From Candidatus Krumholzibacteriota bacterium (GTDB lineage Bacteria; Krumholzibacteriota; Krumholzibacteriia; LZORAL124-64-63): 24,070 nt of DNA. This document shows positions 1-10,127 of this stretch, in pieces (position 1 is the stretch's first letter; every line of letters begins with the position of its first letter). The translations under genes were made by a program, and so were the position numbers. Below the pieces are notes generated by a model, which saw only the letters and a program-made list of their open reading frames with translations, was not told the DNA's origin and did not search any database. Location: contig JBDLKA010000052.1 of NCBI GenBank assembly GCA_039714075.1, positions 1-24,070 on the forward strand. The letters run 5' to 3'.

Positions 1-1601
1 TCCTGCTGCTCCTGTTGCTGCTGTTCCTGTTCCTGCTGCTCCTGTTGCTCCTCCTTTTCCTGATCCTGCTTTTCCTGATCCTGCTGTTCCTGATCGTCCT
101 GCTGCTGCTCCTGCTGCTGTTGTTCCTGAAGCCGCTTCATGGCCACCTCGAGATTGTGCAGGGCGTCGGCCTGCCGCACATCCAGCGCAAGGGAATCGCG
201 CAACTTCCCCGCCGCCTGGCCGGGATCTCCGGAGGCCAGCAGGGTGGTGCCGGCATTGTAGAGCGCTTCGGCTTTCAAGCCCTCGTCTTCGGTCAGGGAA
301 AGGGTCCGCTCGAACTCGGCCAGGGCTTCATCATACCGTTCCAGCTTGAAAAGCGTCTCCCCCACGGCAAGGCTGACCAACGGATCGTCGGGGTCCTGGA
401 CGAGGGCCGATTCGAATTCGCCCAACGCCTCTTCAAACCGCCCCGCCAGAAAATCATCCCGCCCCTTCGCCAATTCTCCGCTTCCCGGCACGACGGCATC
501 GGCCAAGGCGGACCCGGAACCGACCGGCCCCGCCAGCAGGGCCATGACCAGGGCCGTCAGGACTCCCGGACGATTCCCGCCGTGGATTCCGCCGGATACC
601 CGCGGACGCAGGAGCATCCGCAAGGCGAAACTCGCCAGCGCCAGAAGCAGGGGCAGGAGAAAACGCTCCTGGTAGGCGGAAATCCTGCGCTCCTCCAGGT
701 CACGCCGCCCCAGTCTCTGCAACTCAGCAAACAGCCTGTCCCCGGCAAGCCCGTCAACCCCGATGCGGAAAGGACTGCCGCCCCCGATCAACGCCAGTTT
801 TTCGAGGGATGCCATGTCCAAACGGGTCATGACCACTTTCCCATCCTCGTCCTTCATGAAGCCGGAAGCACGCCCCCGGGAATCAAGGGTGGGAATCAAA
901 CCGCCGGTTTCCTCCCCGACGCCGACCGGGATGACCCGGATACCATCCTTTTGGCAGGCTTCCGCTTCCCGGGTCCAGTCGCCCTCGAGATCTTCGCCGT
1001 CGGTCACCAGCAGGATGGCCTGGAAGGTCCCGCCGGGCGCTCCTTCCCGACCCTTGGCCAACAATTCCCGGCCGGTCTTCAGCGCCGCGCCGATGGCCGT
1101 GCCCTGTTCGGACATCATATCCGGCCCCGCCATCTTGAGAAAGATTCCCGCGGTGCCGTAGTCCAGGGTCAAAGGGCACTGCACGAAGGCCGAGCCGGCG
1201 AAGAACACCAGTCCGATGCGACTGTTTTCCAGGCGGTCCAGAAAACTGCCCAGTTCGGTCTTGGCGCGTTCCATCCGGTTGGGCGGCACGTCTTCGGCGA
1301 GCATGGAATTGGAAATATCCAGGGCGACCACGATGTCGGACCCGCGTTGGGTGACCGTCACTTCGCTGGCTCCCCACTGCGGCCGGGCCAGGGCCAGCAG
1401 GAGCCAGAAAAGACCGGCAAAGAAAAGGAACCGTCGCCAGGTCCGCAGACGGGGATTGGCTCCTTCCACGTGACGGTGGGCCTGATCACCCAACAGAAGA
1501 CGCATCTTGGCATCCGCCCCGCGGTCGGCCGAACGCAGCATCAGCCACAGGACCGGCAGAACCGGGACGAACCACAACCAAATTTCCTGGGCAAATCTCA
1601 C
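1..1601 (-). CDS. batB: BatB-like VWA membrane protein fused to a BatC-like TPR region and Q/E/D-rich tail (partial, runs off window start)
   Basis: Absent from the ORF track, consistent with no stop inside the window. I hand-translated both ends from GTG 1601 (AAGGA upstream): MRFAQEIWLWFVPVLP...LALARPQWG...DIVVALDISNSMLAEDVPPNRMERAK (MIDAS DxSxS), later YQERFLLPLLLAL, TPR helices (ALYNAGTTLL...DALHNLEVA) and QEQQQQ repeats, all in one frame. Lies directly downstream of batA. Confidence 0.85.
   Translation of the reverse strand, partial: MRFAQEIWLWFVPVLPVLWLMLRSADRGADAKMRLLLGDQAHRHVEGANPRLRTWRRFLFFAGLFWLLLALARPQWGASEVTVTQRGSDIVVALDISNSMLAEDVPPNRMERAKTELGSFLDRLENSRIGLVFFAGSAFVQCPLTLDYGTAGIFLKMAGPDMMSEQGTAIGAALKTGRELLAKGREGAPGGTFQAILLVTDGEDLEGDWTREAEACQKDGIRVIPVGVGEETGGLIPTLDSRGRASGFMKDEDGKVVMTRLDMASLEKLALIGGGSPFRIGVDGLAGDRLFAELQRLGRRDLEERRISAYQERFLLPLLLALASFALRMLLRPRVSGGIHGGNRPGVLTALVMALLAGPVGSGSALADAVVPGSGELAKGRDDFLAGRFEEALGEFESALVQDPDDPLVSLAVGETLFKLERYDEALAEFERTLSLTEDEGLKAEALYNAGTTLLASGDPGQAAGKLRDSLALDVRQADALHNLEVAMKRLQEQQQQEQQQDDQEQQDQEKQDQEKEEQQEQQEQEQQQQEQQ
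3..128 (-). repeat. Low-complexity CAG/GAA/GAG/GAT codon tract encoding a Q/E/D/K-rich linker
   Basis: Minus-strand translation QEQQQQEQQQDDQEQQDQEKQDQEKEEQQEQQEQEQQQQEQQ, typical of BatC-like tails. Confidence 0.85.
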
Positions 1602-1649
1602 GTCATTCCTTTGCGAACAGTTTCCCGCCGGGAGAATCCCCGCTTCTGC

Positions 1650-2639
1650 CTACGGCACCCGCCGCAACCAGGTTGCCGCCAGGATTCCTTCCAGCAGGAA
1701 CAGCAGCAGGGCCGGCCACGCGAACCAGACCATTCTTTCCCGATACCAGGTGCTGACCGTCGTTTCGTAACGAGCGGTTTCGAGTTCGTCGATCGTCCTG
1801 AAAATTTCCTGCAACGCTTCCGGGTCCGTGGCCTGGAACATGGAACCGCCGGTCAGATCCGCGATTCTTCGCAACAGGGCCAGATCGAGTTTGGTTTCCA
1901 CCTGCCGCGTGCGGCGCCCGAATACCGGATCGTCCACCGGATAGGGCACCATTCCCTCCCGGCCGATGGCCACGGTGTAGACCCGGACATCCAGCGACTG
2001 GGCCAGCTTGGCCGCCGTTTCCGGTTCCAGGGTCGGGACGTTGTTCACCCCGTCGGTCAACAGGATCACCGTCCGGCTCGGCGACGAGGAATGCTTCAGG
2101 CGCGCGACCGCCGTGGCCAGGCCCAGCCCGATGGCCGTTCCGTCGTCGATCAATCCCACCTGGATTTCATCCAGGAAACCCTTCAATACCGAATGGTCCA
2201 GGGTCAGGGGACACTGGGTGAATGATTTGGCGGCGAATACCACCAGGCCGATGCGGTCGTTCGTACGACCGTCGATGAAACCCCGGATCACTTCCTTTGC
2301 CGATTCCAGGCGGTCCAGGGGATGGAAATCCAGGGACCTCATGCTGCCGCTGATATCCAGGGACAAAACGATGTCGATCCCCTCTCCCTCAACCTGTTCG
2401 CTGTGGTGGGCCACCCGGGGGCCGGCGGCGGCAACGATCACCAGAACCAGGCCCAGACCCGAAAGAACCGGCAGGACGGCCGCCAGGCGCGCGCGGAACC
2501 CGGTGCTCTGTTTTCCCAGCAGCCCCAACCGGGGGTGCCTCATGGCGGCGGGATCGCCTCCCCGTTTCAAGCGTATCCCCAAGACAACCGCAGCCAGGGG
2601 AGTCAGCAGAAGCAGAAATGGTCGGGCGAATTCCATCAC
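1650..2639 (-). CDS. batA: BatA-like VWA domain membrane protein
   Basis: N-terminal MEFARPFLLLL TM segment, MIDAS motifs DISGSM, TAIG and LTDG, C-terminal TM helix. Start is GTG 2639 or ATG 2636, overlapping the upstream TGA. Confidence 0.9.
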   Translation of the reverse strand: MMEFARPFLLLLTPLAAVVLGIRLKRGGDPAAMRHPRLGLLGKQSTGFRARLAAVLPVLSGLGLVLVIVAAAGPRVAHHSEQVEGEGIDIVLSLDISGSMRSLDFHPLDRLESAKEVIRGFIDGRTNDRIGLVVFAAKSFTQCPLTLDHSVLKGFLDEIQVGLIDDGTAIGLGLATAVARLKHSSSPSRTVILLTDGVNNVPTLEPETAAKLAQSLDVRVYTVAIGREGMVPYPVDDPVFGRRTRQVETKLDLALLRRIADLTGGSMFQATDPEALQEIFRTIDELETARYETTVSTWYRERMVWFAWPALLLFLLEGILAATWLRRVP

Positions 2640-3807
2640 GGCCGCCCCCCATCGGCAACGGACGCTGGTCCGGTATCCCGGCCGGACACGGCGGACAATT
2701 CACGGCCCAATTCCTTCCAGGCGATCTCGCCATCCCTGACCAGGCCCGCCGGTACCTCGGTATAGCGGGGCAGCACGCGGATTTTCCCGATTTCCGCAAA
2801 GAACAGGACGGCCTGATCGCGGCACCATCCCGGCGGTGCGGCTTGCGGGTTGTACCGGTGATGGTCCACGGTGTCGATCAGCCGGGCCAGGACACCGGGA
2901 TGAGAAGACTGGTATCCCAGATCACCACAGGCCCCCATGATTTCCCGGCCGGTCATTTCCCGGGCGGCGATCCGGTAGCGTCCGGTCACGAAGCGGCGCG
3001 AGATGCCCGCCAGCCCATCCAGGAAGGGTCTGCTTTCGCCCCGGTTCAAAAACCCCTGAGCCAAAAGATCCCGCATTTCGATCGCGGCGGACAGCCAGGC
3101 CGGGGCGGGAATTTCCCGGTCGACCCATTCCCCGTGGCCGCGTCTGCGGCCCCACAGGAACCGCGCCACCAACAGAACCAGGACCAGAAAAGCGACCAGC
3201 CCCAGCAGGGCCCAGGGCGACCAGCGATCCGGCCGCGGAATCCTGATGGGAGCGGTTTCGTCGGTTCCGGCGACCCGGCCCCGCACATGGATGACCGGAG
3301 ATTGGAAGTCCGTGGTCTGGACCAGGAAGGGGTTCGTCCGGTAAACGCGGAAGGAGGTCACGAGGCGGGTTCCTTCCTTGAGGTCGGGCAGATCGCCGAC
3401 ATCAGGATCCGCAGGTGGCCCGCCGCCCAGAAGCCTGGCCCAAAAACCCGGGTCCCGGGCTTCCTCGGCCGCCAACCAGTCGCCGCCGGCAGCCAGGGGA
3501 ATATCCGGTCCCTGTTCCAGTACCTCGGGAAAATCCAGGACGACATGGAACAGCTCCCCGAACAAGACGGTATCCTGGACAGTGTGGATCCGGGCCGGGG
3601 CCACTGCGAGAGAGGAAAGATCGAGGACCGCCGTCGCCGTGTCGATAACGGCCGTCACCGGGGTTCCGGGCGGCATTCCCAGCGGAACCCCGGGGTTTTG
3701 CGGGTCCATTTGGGCATGCCCCACAGGGGCGATCAGACCCAAAAAAGAGACCGCGACCGTCAAAGCCGCCGGCAGAAGAGAACCTCTCTTTTTAAGGCCC
3801 GACCGCA

Positions 3808-3811
<4 letters not shown>
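2636..3811 (-). CDS. Hypothetical single-pass membrane protein of the moxR/bat operon
   Basis: Signal-like N-terminus (LTVAVSFLGLIAPVGHAQ), central TM (WALLGLVAFLVLVLLVARFLW) followed by RRR, helical C-terminus. Overlaps both neighbours and occupies the usual slot between DUF58 and batA. Confidence 0.75.
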
Positions 3812-4722
<911 letters not shown>

Positions 4723-4729
4723 GATGGGA

Positions 4730-5716
4730 TCAGGGAACCTCGATGTTGTCCAACAGGGAACTGACGATGTCGTCGCTGGCCAGGTTCTCGGCCTCGGCTT
4801 CGTAGGTGATCAGGATCCGGTGCCGCAGGGCGTCGTGGCCCACCGCCTTGACGTCTTCGGGGATGACGAACGCCCGCCCCCGCAACAGCGCCCGGCCGCG
4901 CGCCAGCTGCGTCAAAGCCAGCGTGGCCCGGGGCGAAGCCCCCCAGGCGATCAGCGGCCCCAGATCGAGGCCCGCGCCTTCGGGGTCCCGCGAGGCGAAC
5001 ACGATTTCCAGGATGTAGTCCTTGATCTTTTCGTCCACGAAAACGGTGTTCACCGCCTGCCGGATCTCCTGGATGGCGCCGCGGTCAAGCACCGGGCTGA
5101 CCTCCGGAATGGACCGGCCGGCCATCCGGTCCAGGATGGTGCGCTCTTCCTCGCGGGTGGGATAACCGATCCGCAGCTTCAGCAGGAAACGGTCGACCTG
5201 GGCCTCGGGCAGCGGATAGGTCCCCTCCTGCTCGATGGGATTCTGGGTGGCCAGAACCAGGAAGGGATCCGCCATGGGAAAGGTTTCACCCCCGATGGTC
5301 ACCTGGCGCTCCTGCATGGCCTCCAGCAGCGCGCTTTGGACCTTGGCCGGCGCCCGGTTGATTTCATCCGCCAGGATGATGTTGGAAAAAACCGGCCCTT
5401 TCTTGACCGTGAATTCCCCCGTTTCGCGGTTGTAGATGGTGGTGCCGGTAATGTCCGCGGGCAAAAGGTCCGGAGTGAACTGGATCCTCTTGAAACCCGT
5501 ATCCACGGATTTGGCCAGGGTGCTGACGGCCAGCGTTTTGGCCAGGCCCGGCACGCCCTCCAGCAGGATATGGCCGTCGGTGATCAGGCCCAGCATCAGG
5601 CCTTCCATCATATCCCGCTGCCCGACGATCACTTTGCCCGCTTCGGAAAGCACCCCGCCCAGGCGGCCTGACAATTCCTCGGCGTAGACCTTGTCTAGAG
5701 ACTGGTATTCGGACAT
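4730..5716 (-). CDS. moxR: MoxR-family AAA+ ATPase
   Basis: Walker A EGVPGLAKT, RIQFTPDLLPAD, Walker B ILADEINRAP, ATQNPIEQEGTYPLPEAQVDRF, GASPR. Confidence 0.96.
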   Translation of the reverse strand: MSEYQSLDKVYAEELSGRLGGVLSEAGKVIVGQRDMMEGLMLGLITDGHILLEGVPGLAKTLAVSTLAKSVDTGFKRIQFTPDLLPADITGTTIYNRETGEFTVKKGPVFSNIILADEINRAPAKVQSALLEAMQERQVTIGGETFPMADPFLVLATQNPIEQEGTYPLPEAQVDRFLLKLRIGYPTREEERTILDRMAGRSIPEVSPVLDRGAIQEIRQAVNTVFVDEKIKDYILEIVFASRDPEGAGLDLGPLIAWGASPRATLALTQLARGRALLRGRAFVIPEDVKAVGHDALRHRILITYEAEAENLASDDIVSSLLDNIEVP

Positions 5717-5990
5717 GACACCCTTTCCGGCCCTTTCCGGCCTGGAGGCGATTGGTAAACCGGGAAAAGAAATATGTTCATACGCGAGCCGTTACGGCAA
5801 GTTCCAACCGACCCGCTTCTTTCGCTGAGCCAAAATACCCAACCCGTTTTTTCTTGCCAACACCTATGAAAAGGCTTTCAATATTGCCCACGCGCAACCG
5901 GGACGTAACTTGCGGCCCAAACTCAGAAATCTTGCGGGAAACGCCCATTAACGACCATTCCGGGCGGATTTCCAGGCCAGGGAGGCCACC

Positions 5991-6272
5991 TTGCGGATCA
6001 GCAAGCACAAAATCGAATACCTTTCCGACAAGGTTCTCAAGATGCTCCAGGAGCATCCCCGGATCCATCCCGACCCGAATATCGACCTGGTGACGCGCGC
6101 CATCGACGATGCGATTTTCGAAAACATGAAGCAGGAAGACGAGATCGACGAACAGGTGGAAGCCCTCGTCAACCAGAATCGCAACGAGATTCGCGCCATG
6201 GAAATGGACCTCGGAGCCCTGCGCAACAAGATGAAGAGGGAACTGGCTCGCAAGATGGGATTTACCCTGTGA
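5991..6272 (+). CDS. DUF507-like small acidic helical protein
   Basis: TTG start after GGGAGG. MRISKHKIEYLS...EDEIDEQVEALV...KMKRELARKMGFTL fits the DUF507 pattern as I recall it. Confidence 0.8.
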   Translation: MRISKHKIEYLSDKVLKMLQEHPRIHPDPNIDLVTRAIDDAIFENMKQEDEIDEQVEALVNQNRNEIRAMEMDLGALRNKMKRELARKMGFTL

Positions 6273-6315
6273 TCCGCCCGGCAGCGGGACGACCCGTAGA
6301 TGATGGAGGAATCGA

Positions 6316-6600
6316 GTGAGACTGTCCGAAGAGCGCGTCGCCGTCCTGGCCCGGTTGATCTGTGACCGCCTCCTGGACGAGGAACTGGTGGATCTCGAAA
6401 TCGCCGAGAACGATTTCGTTTTCCAACTGGAAAGCCTCATCCTCAAGGACCTGAAAATCGAGGACGAAATCGACGAGGAAGCCACCACCTTCCTGCTCAA
6501 GACCAAACCCAACCTGGAAGAAGGGTCCACGGAATGGGAGGTCGAGTTGGAGCGGAAGAAAGAGGAATTCTCGATTGCCCGCGGTTATGTTTCCTTCTGA
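6316..6600 (+). CDS. DUF507-like protein, second tandem paralog
   Basis: GTG start after GGAGG. MRLSEERVAVLA...EDEIDEEA...KKEEFSIARGY shares MRxS, EDEIDE and the C-terminal G-aromatic with the upstream gene. Confidence 0.78.
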   Translation: MRLSEERVAVLARLICDRLLDEELVDLEIAENDFVFQLESLILKDLKIEDEIDEEATTFLLKTKPNLEEGSTEWEVELERKKEEFSIARGYVSF

Positions 6601-6681
6601 AACGCCCCCCCCTGATCCGGCATCCGCCCTCGCCTCGCGGCTTGCCGGGATCCCCTTTTTCTCCGTTCCGCCCCCGCGCTC

Positions 6682-7935
6682 ATGAAAATCCTGGTGGTAA
6701 CCCCCTACCTGCCCCACCGGCGCGTCGGCCACGGTGGCGGCACCGCCGTCCGGGATCTGGTGACCTGGCTTGCCCGGAAGCACGAAGTCATGGTGGCCGC
6801 CCTGGTCAGGCCAGGTGAAGAGGGCCTTCTTTCCGAGGTCGAGGAACTGGGCGTTTCCCTGGCCCCGATACCCTTCCGGGACAGGAAAACCCGCGGCCTG
6901 GCCAGGGCGTCCATGCTGCTGGAACGCACCCGGGCCTGGGGCAGATCACGGCAATCGGGTTTCCCCTGGTATGTCGAAAAATACTGGTCGCCGGCGTTGG
7001 CGCGGCAGGTGTTGAAGATTGCGGAAAATTTCGACCCGGAGGTGATCCAGGTCGAATATCTGCAGCTTGCCCTGCTGGTCCGCGACCTCCGGCAATGGCG
7101 TGACGACCGGTCTTCAACCACCCCCTTGCTGGTTCTCAATAGTCATGAACTGGGATCGGTCCCCCGCGAACGCCGGGCAGCCCGCGCGGCCAACCCCCTG
7201 GCAGCACGCACCTGGCGCAGGCAGGCTCAACGCTGGAGGCGCCTTCAGGTGGAGGCCACCGGCTGGGCCGACCGCACCCTCAGTGTCACCCCGGAGGATC
7301 ACGCTCTTTTCACGGACATGGGCGGCCGGAACCTGGAGACCGTGCCTTTGGGCATGGACCTCCTCAGAATCAAGGCCGACTGGGATCCCGGTCCGGGCCT
7401 GCGGTTGCTCTTTGTCGGCTCCTTCGACCATCGCCCCAATCGGCTGGCGGCCGAATTCCTGGTCAAGACAATGTGGCCCACGGTGGTCGCGGCCCGGCCG
7501 GAGGCCCGCCTGACCATTGTCGGCCGGGGTTCACGCGCCTTCCTGGGCCGATTGGACAGTCTGGAAACCTGGAGCGCCAAAGGTGTGGAGGCCCTGGGTT
7601 TTGTCGAGGATCTCACCGGGTTGGTCCGGGAGTGCCACCTGTTCGTTGCACCTCTGCCGGAAGGCGGCGGCATCAAGATCAAGATTCTCGAGGCCATGGC
7701 CCGCGGCATCCCGGTTGTGACCACACCGGTCGGGGCGGAGGGAATCTCGGCCCCGGACGAGGAAGCCATCGTCATCGCTCCCTGCGACGAGGGTTTCGCC
7801 CCTGCCGTCCTTGCCGCCATCCAGGACCCGGCGGCATCCCGGCGCCGGGCCGAAACCGCCCGCCGTCTCATCGAAACCAGGTTCAGCTGGGACGCCATCA
7901 CCGATCAGTTGACGGGGATCTACAAAGGCCGGTAG
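6682..7935 (+). CDS. GT4-family (GT-B) glycosyltransferase
   Basis: MKILVVTPYLP...GHGG N-terminus, LLFVGSFDHRPN, GFVEDL, GGGIKIKILEAMARGIPVVTT, FSWD. Confidence 0.92.
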   Translation: MKILVVTPYLPHRRVGHGGGTAVRDLVTWLARKHEVMVAALVRPGEEGLLSEVEELGVSLAPIPFRDRKTRGLARASMLLERTRAWGRSRQSGFPWYVEKYWSPALARQVLKIAENFDPEVIQVEYLQLALLVRDLRQWRDDRSSTTPLLVLNSHELGSVPRERRAARAANPLAARTWRRQAQRWRRLQVEATGWADRTLSVTPEDHALFTDMGGRNLETVPLGMDLLRIKADWDPGPGLRLLFVGSFDHRPNRLAAEFLVKTMWPTVVAARPEARLTIVGRGSRAFLGRLDSLETWSAKGVEALGFVEDLTGLVRECHLFVAPLPEGGGIKIKILEAMARGIPVVTTPVGAEGISAPDEEAIVIAPCDEGFAPAVLAAIQDPAASRRRAETARRLIETRFSWDAITDQLTGIYKGR

Positions 7936-7947
7936 GGAATTCCGTAT

Positions 7948-8583
7948 TCAGCGGTCGGGGTTCTGCAGATTGCGCAGGGTCGCGGGGTCGAGACAGGAAT
8001 TCCCCGCCGCCGCCTCGGCCAGGAGAGTGACCTGCGCCAATCGCTCCACGGTTTCCAAAAGATTGAAAGCGGACGGCAGGTCCGCCCCCACCGTCACCAC
8101 TCCGTGGTTACCCAGCAAAACCGCGTCACAATTGGGGATGAACGGGACGACCGATGTCGCCAAGGCATCGGTGCCCGGCAAAGAGCGGGCGGCCAGCGGC
8201 ACTCTGGGCAGCAGGGCGGCCGTTTCGGTCAACAGGCCGCCGTCCAGATCCCGCCCGGCGGCGGCGAAGGCGGTGGCCCAGGGAGGATGGGCGTGGCATA
8301 CCGCCCTGACATCAGGCCGTAGCGTGTAGATCTGGGCATGCAACGGCCATTCACTGGTGGCCGCTCCCTGCGGGGACCTGCCCTGGAAGTCGATTTCCAC
8401 GAGATCCTGGACCCGCAGGCTTCCCTTGCCCCGGCCCGCGGGCGTGACCAGAAAGGAATGGCCGCCGAGACGAACCGACAGGTTGCCTTCGGCGGCCACA
8501 ATGAGGCCCTGGTCATACATCCGGCGACCGACCTGGACCATTTCCCGGCGCAGCAGCACCAGGTTCGGCCGGGTCGAGGACAC
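7948..8583 (-). CDS. Class II aldolase/adducin family protein (FucA/MtnB-like), substrate unknown
   Basis: EGNLSVR, VTPAG, TSEWPLHAQIY, metal-binding CHAHP and LLGNHGVV. Confidence 0.9.
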   Translation of the reverse strand: MSSTRPNLVLLRREMVQVGRRMYDQGLIVAAEGNLSVRLGGHSFLVTPAGRGKGSLRVQDLVEIDFQGRSPQGAATSEWPLHAQIYTLRPDVRAVCHAHPPWATAFAAAGRDLDGGLLTETAALLPRVPLAARSLPGTDALATSVVPFIPNCDAVLLGNHGVVTVGADLPSAFNLLETVERLAQVTLLAEAAAGNSCLDPATLRNLQNPDR

Positions 8584-8591
8584 CGCAGTCC

Positions 8592-9995
8592 CTACTTCGT
8601 GAAAGTGTAGATGTGGGACATCACACCTTCGAAGAACTCGATATTTCGAATCTCCTCGGAAGCCATCTCCCTCATCTGCACCTCGTCCAGCGCTCCACCA
8701 TACCCACCCTGGTCGACGGGCTTGTTGTTCAATTCAAAAATCCTCAGGTAGGTCTCTTCCTCCAACCGGACAAGCATCTCGGTGGGGAAGCCCAGCGCGC
8801 TGCTGAAAAGGAGTCGGTCATCGGGCATGACAAAGGGATCCACGTCGTCGGACCGCGTGAAATAATAGATCTCCGGATCCAGACGGCCGTCCGAGGGAAT
8901 GACCCAGATATTCCTGTCATGAAGGGTGGTCGTGGGCACCCGGCGGGTGGACACGAAATACACCTTGGAACCGTCATTGGAATAGACGGGGCTGGTGTTG
9001 AGGATGCCGGAAATCGGATCACCCGGGGTCATGGAGGTATAGGTCAGACGCTTGATGTTGTCGTCAAGAACCGGCGTCCCGTTATCCAGGGCGACCGTAT
9101 CCACGTCGAGAGTGAAGATTTCCGTGCCCGAGCCGACACCCGCACCGGCGACATCCATGCCGCCGGAGAAAATGATCTTGGTCCCGTCGGGGGACCAATT
9201 GAGCGCTTCGATCCGGGAGTATTCACTGGTCAGGGTATGGGTGACGGCGTCGTACCCGTTATTGACCGCGGCGGTTTCCATATCGAGAACCTTGATAGCC
9301 ACGCCGCTGCAGGTCTCGAAGGAATCGGGAATAGTGCAACCGAAGCGGGTGAAGGCCAGCCACCTTTTGTCGGGTGAAAGAGTACAATCCATGTGCTGCC
9401 AGGCAACCGCCGAAAAGTCATTGTCGGTGGGCTCCAAATGCAGAACTTCGAACTGGGCATCGTCAGGGGTGGAAATATCCGCGCGAAAAAGTCTACTGCC
9501 GATCTTAGGCAAGAGCATCCAGAAAAGGATGTGGGTATCGTCCTCCCAAACGGGATTGCCCTTAGTCATGTCCTCGGTTTCGGTAAGAAACTGGGCACTA
9601 CCTCCGTAGGGGATGTTGATCTCCGGCAGGAATATCAGTTCGGCACCCTGCTCGAGGAGATTGAGTTTCGGATCCACCCCGATCCGCATGTCGATGAGGA
9701 TCATCTGCCGGTGATTGACAAACGTCGCGTCTCCGGGATCCCTCACCGTGGGAATGGCCCACCAGTCCGCCGTGAACAGAATTTTATCGTTGTCGGCGTT
9801 GTACTGGGGATTCAAATAGTGGAAACCGTCACTGGAAGTGTCGGTGGTCACCATGGTCAAATCACCGGTGGAATGATTCCCGGAAATGTCCAGGGTTTCC
9901 GCGGGATCCTCCTTGCTGGTGCAGCCGACGGTGACGAAGGCGATCAACAAGGCGACGTAAGGGAGCAACAGGAAGCGGTTTCGCGGCCACTTCAT
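8592..9995 (-). CDS. TolB/PD40-like beta-propeller lipoprotein
   Basis: Likely start ATG 9995 (or TTG 10001) after GGAGG. Lipobox-like FVTVG-C. PD40-like repeats LSPDKRWLAF, WSPDGTKIIF, PVYSNDGSKVYFVS, PFVMPDDRLLFSS. Confidence 0.75.
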   Translation of the reverse strand: MKWPRNRFLLLPYVALLIAFVTVGCTSKEDPAETLDISGNHSTGDLTMVTTDTSSDGFHYLNPQYNADNDKILFTADWWAIPTVRDPGDATFVNHRQMILIDMRIGVDPKLNLLEQGAELIFLPEINIPYGGSAQFLTETEDMTKGNPVWEDDTHILFWMLLPKIGSRLFRADISTPDDAQFEVLHLEPTDNDFSAVAWQHMDCTLSPDKRWLAFTRFGCTIPDSFETCSGVAIKVLDMETAAVNNGYDAVTHTLTSEYSRIEALNWSPDGTKIIFSGGMDVAGAGVGSGTEIFTLDVDTVALDNGTPVLDDNIKRLTYTSMTPGDPISGILNTSPVYSNDGSKVYFVSTRRVPTTTLHDRNIWVIPSDGRLDPEIYYFTRSDDVDPFVMPDDRLLFSSALGFPTEMLVRLEEETYLRIFELNNKPVDQGGYGGALDEVQMREMASEEIRNIEFFEGVMSHIYTFTK

Positions 9996-10127
9996 ATTCA
10001 ATGGAACCTCCGGCACGGGGAATCGGGAAGCAGGTTGAGGTGCCGGGTCATGGACCCGAGGCCAAATCCTGCCGTGTCTAGGAAAAATAAGGTAAGAACC
10101 CCCGGCAAATCAACCGGCAGTTCAAGT

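Noticed and set aside
15..2225. 736-aa plus-strand ORF with poly-Leu N-terminus
   Set aside because: Antisense shadow of batA/batB-C; the poly-Leu is the reverse complement of the CAG/GAA-rich Q/E tract.
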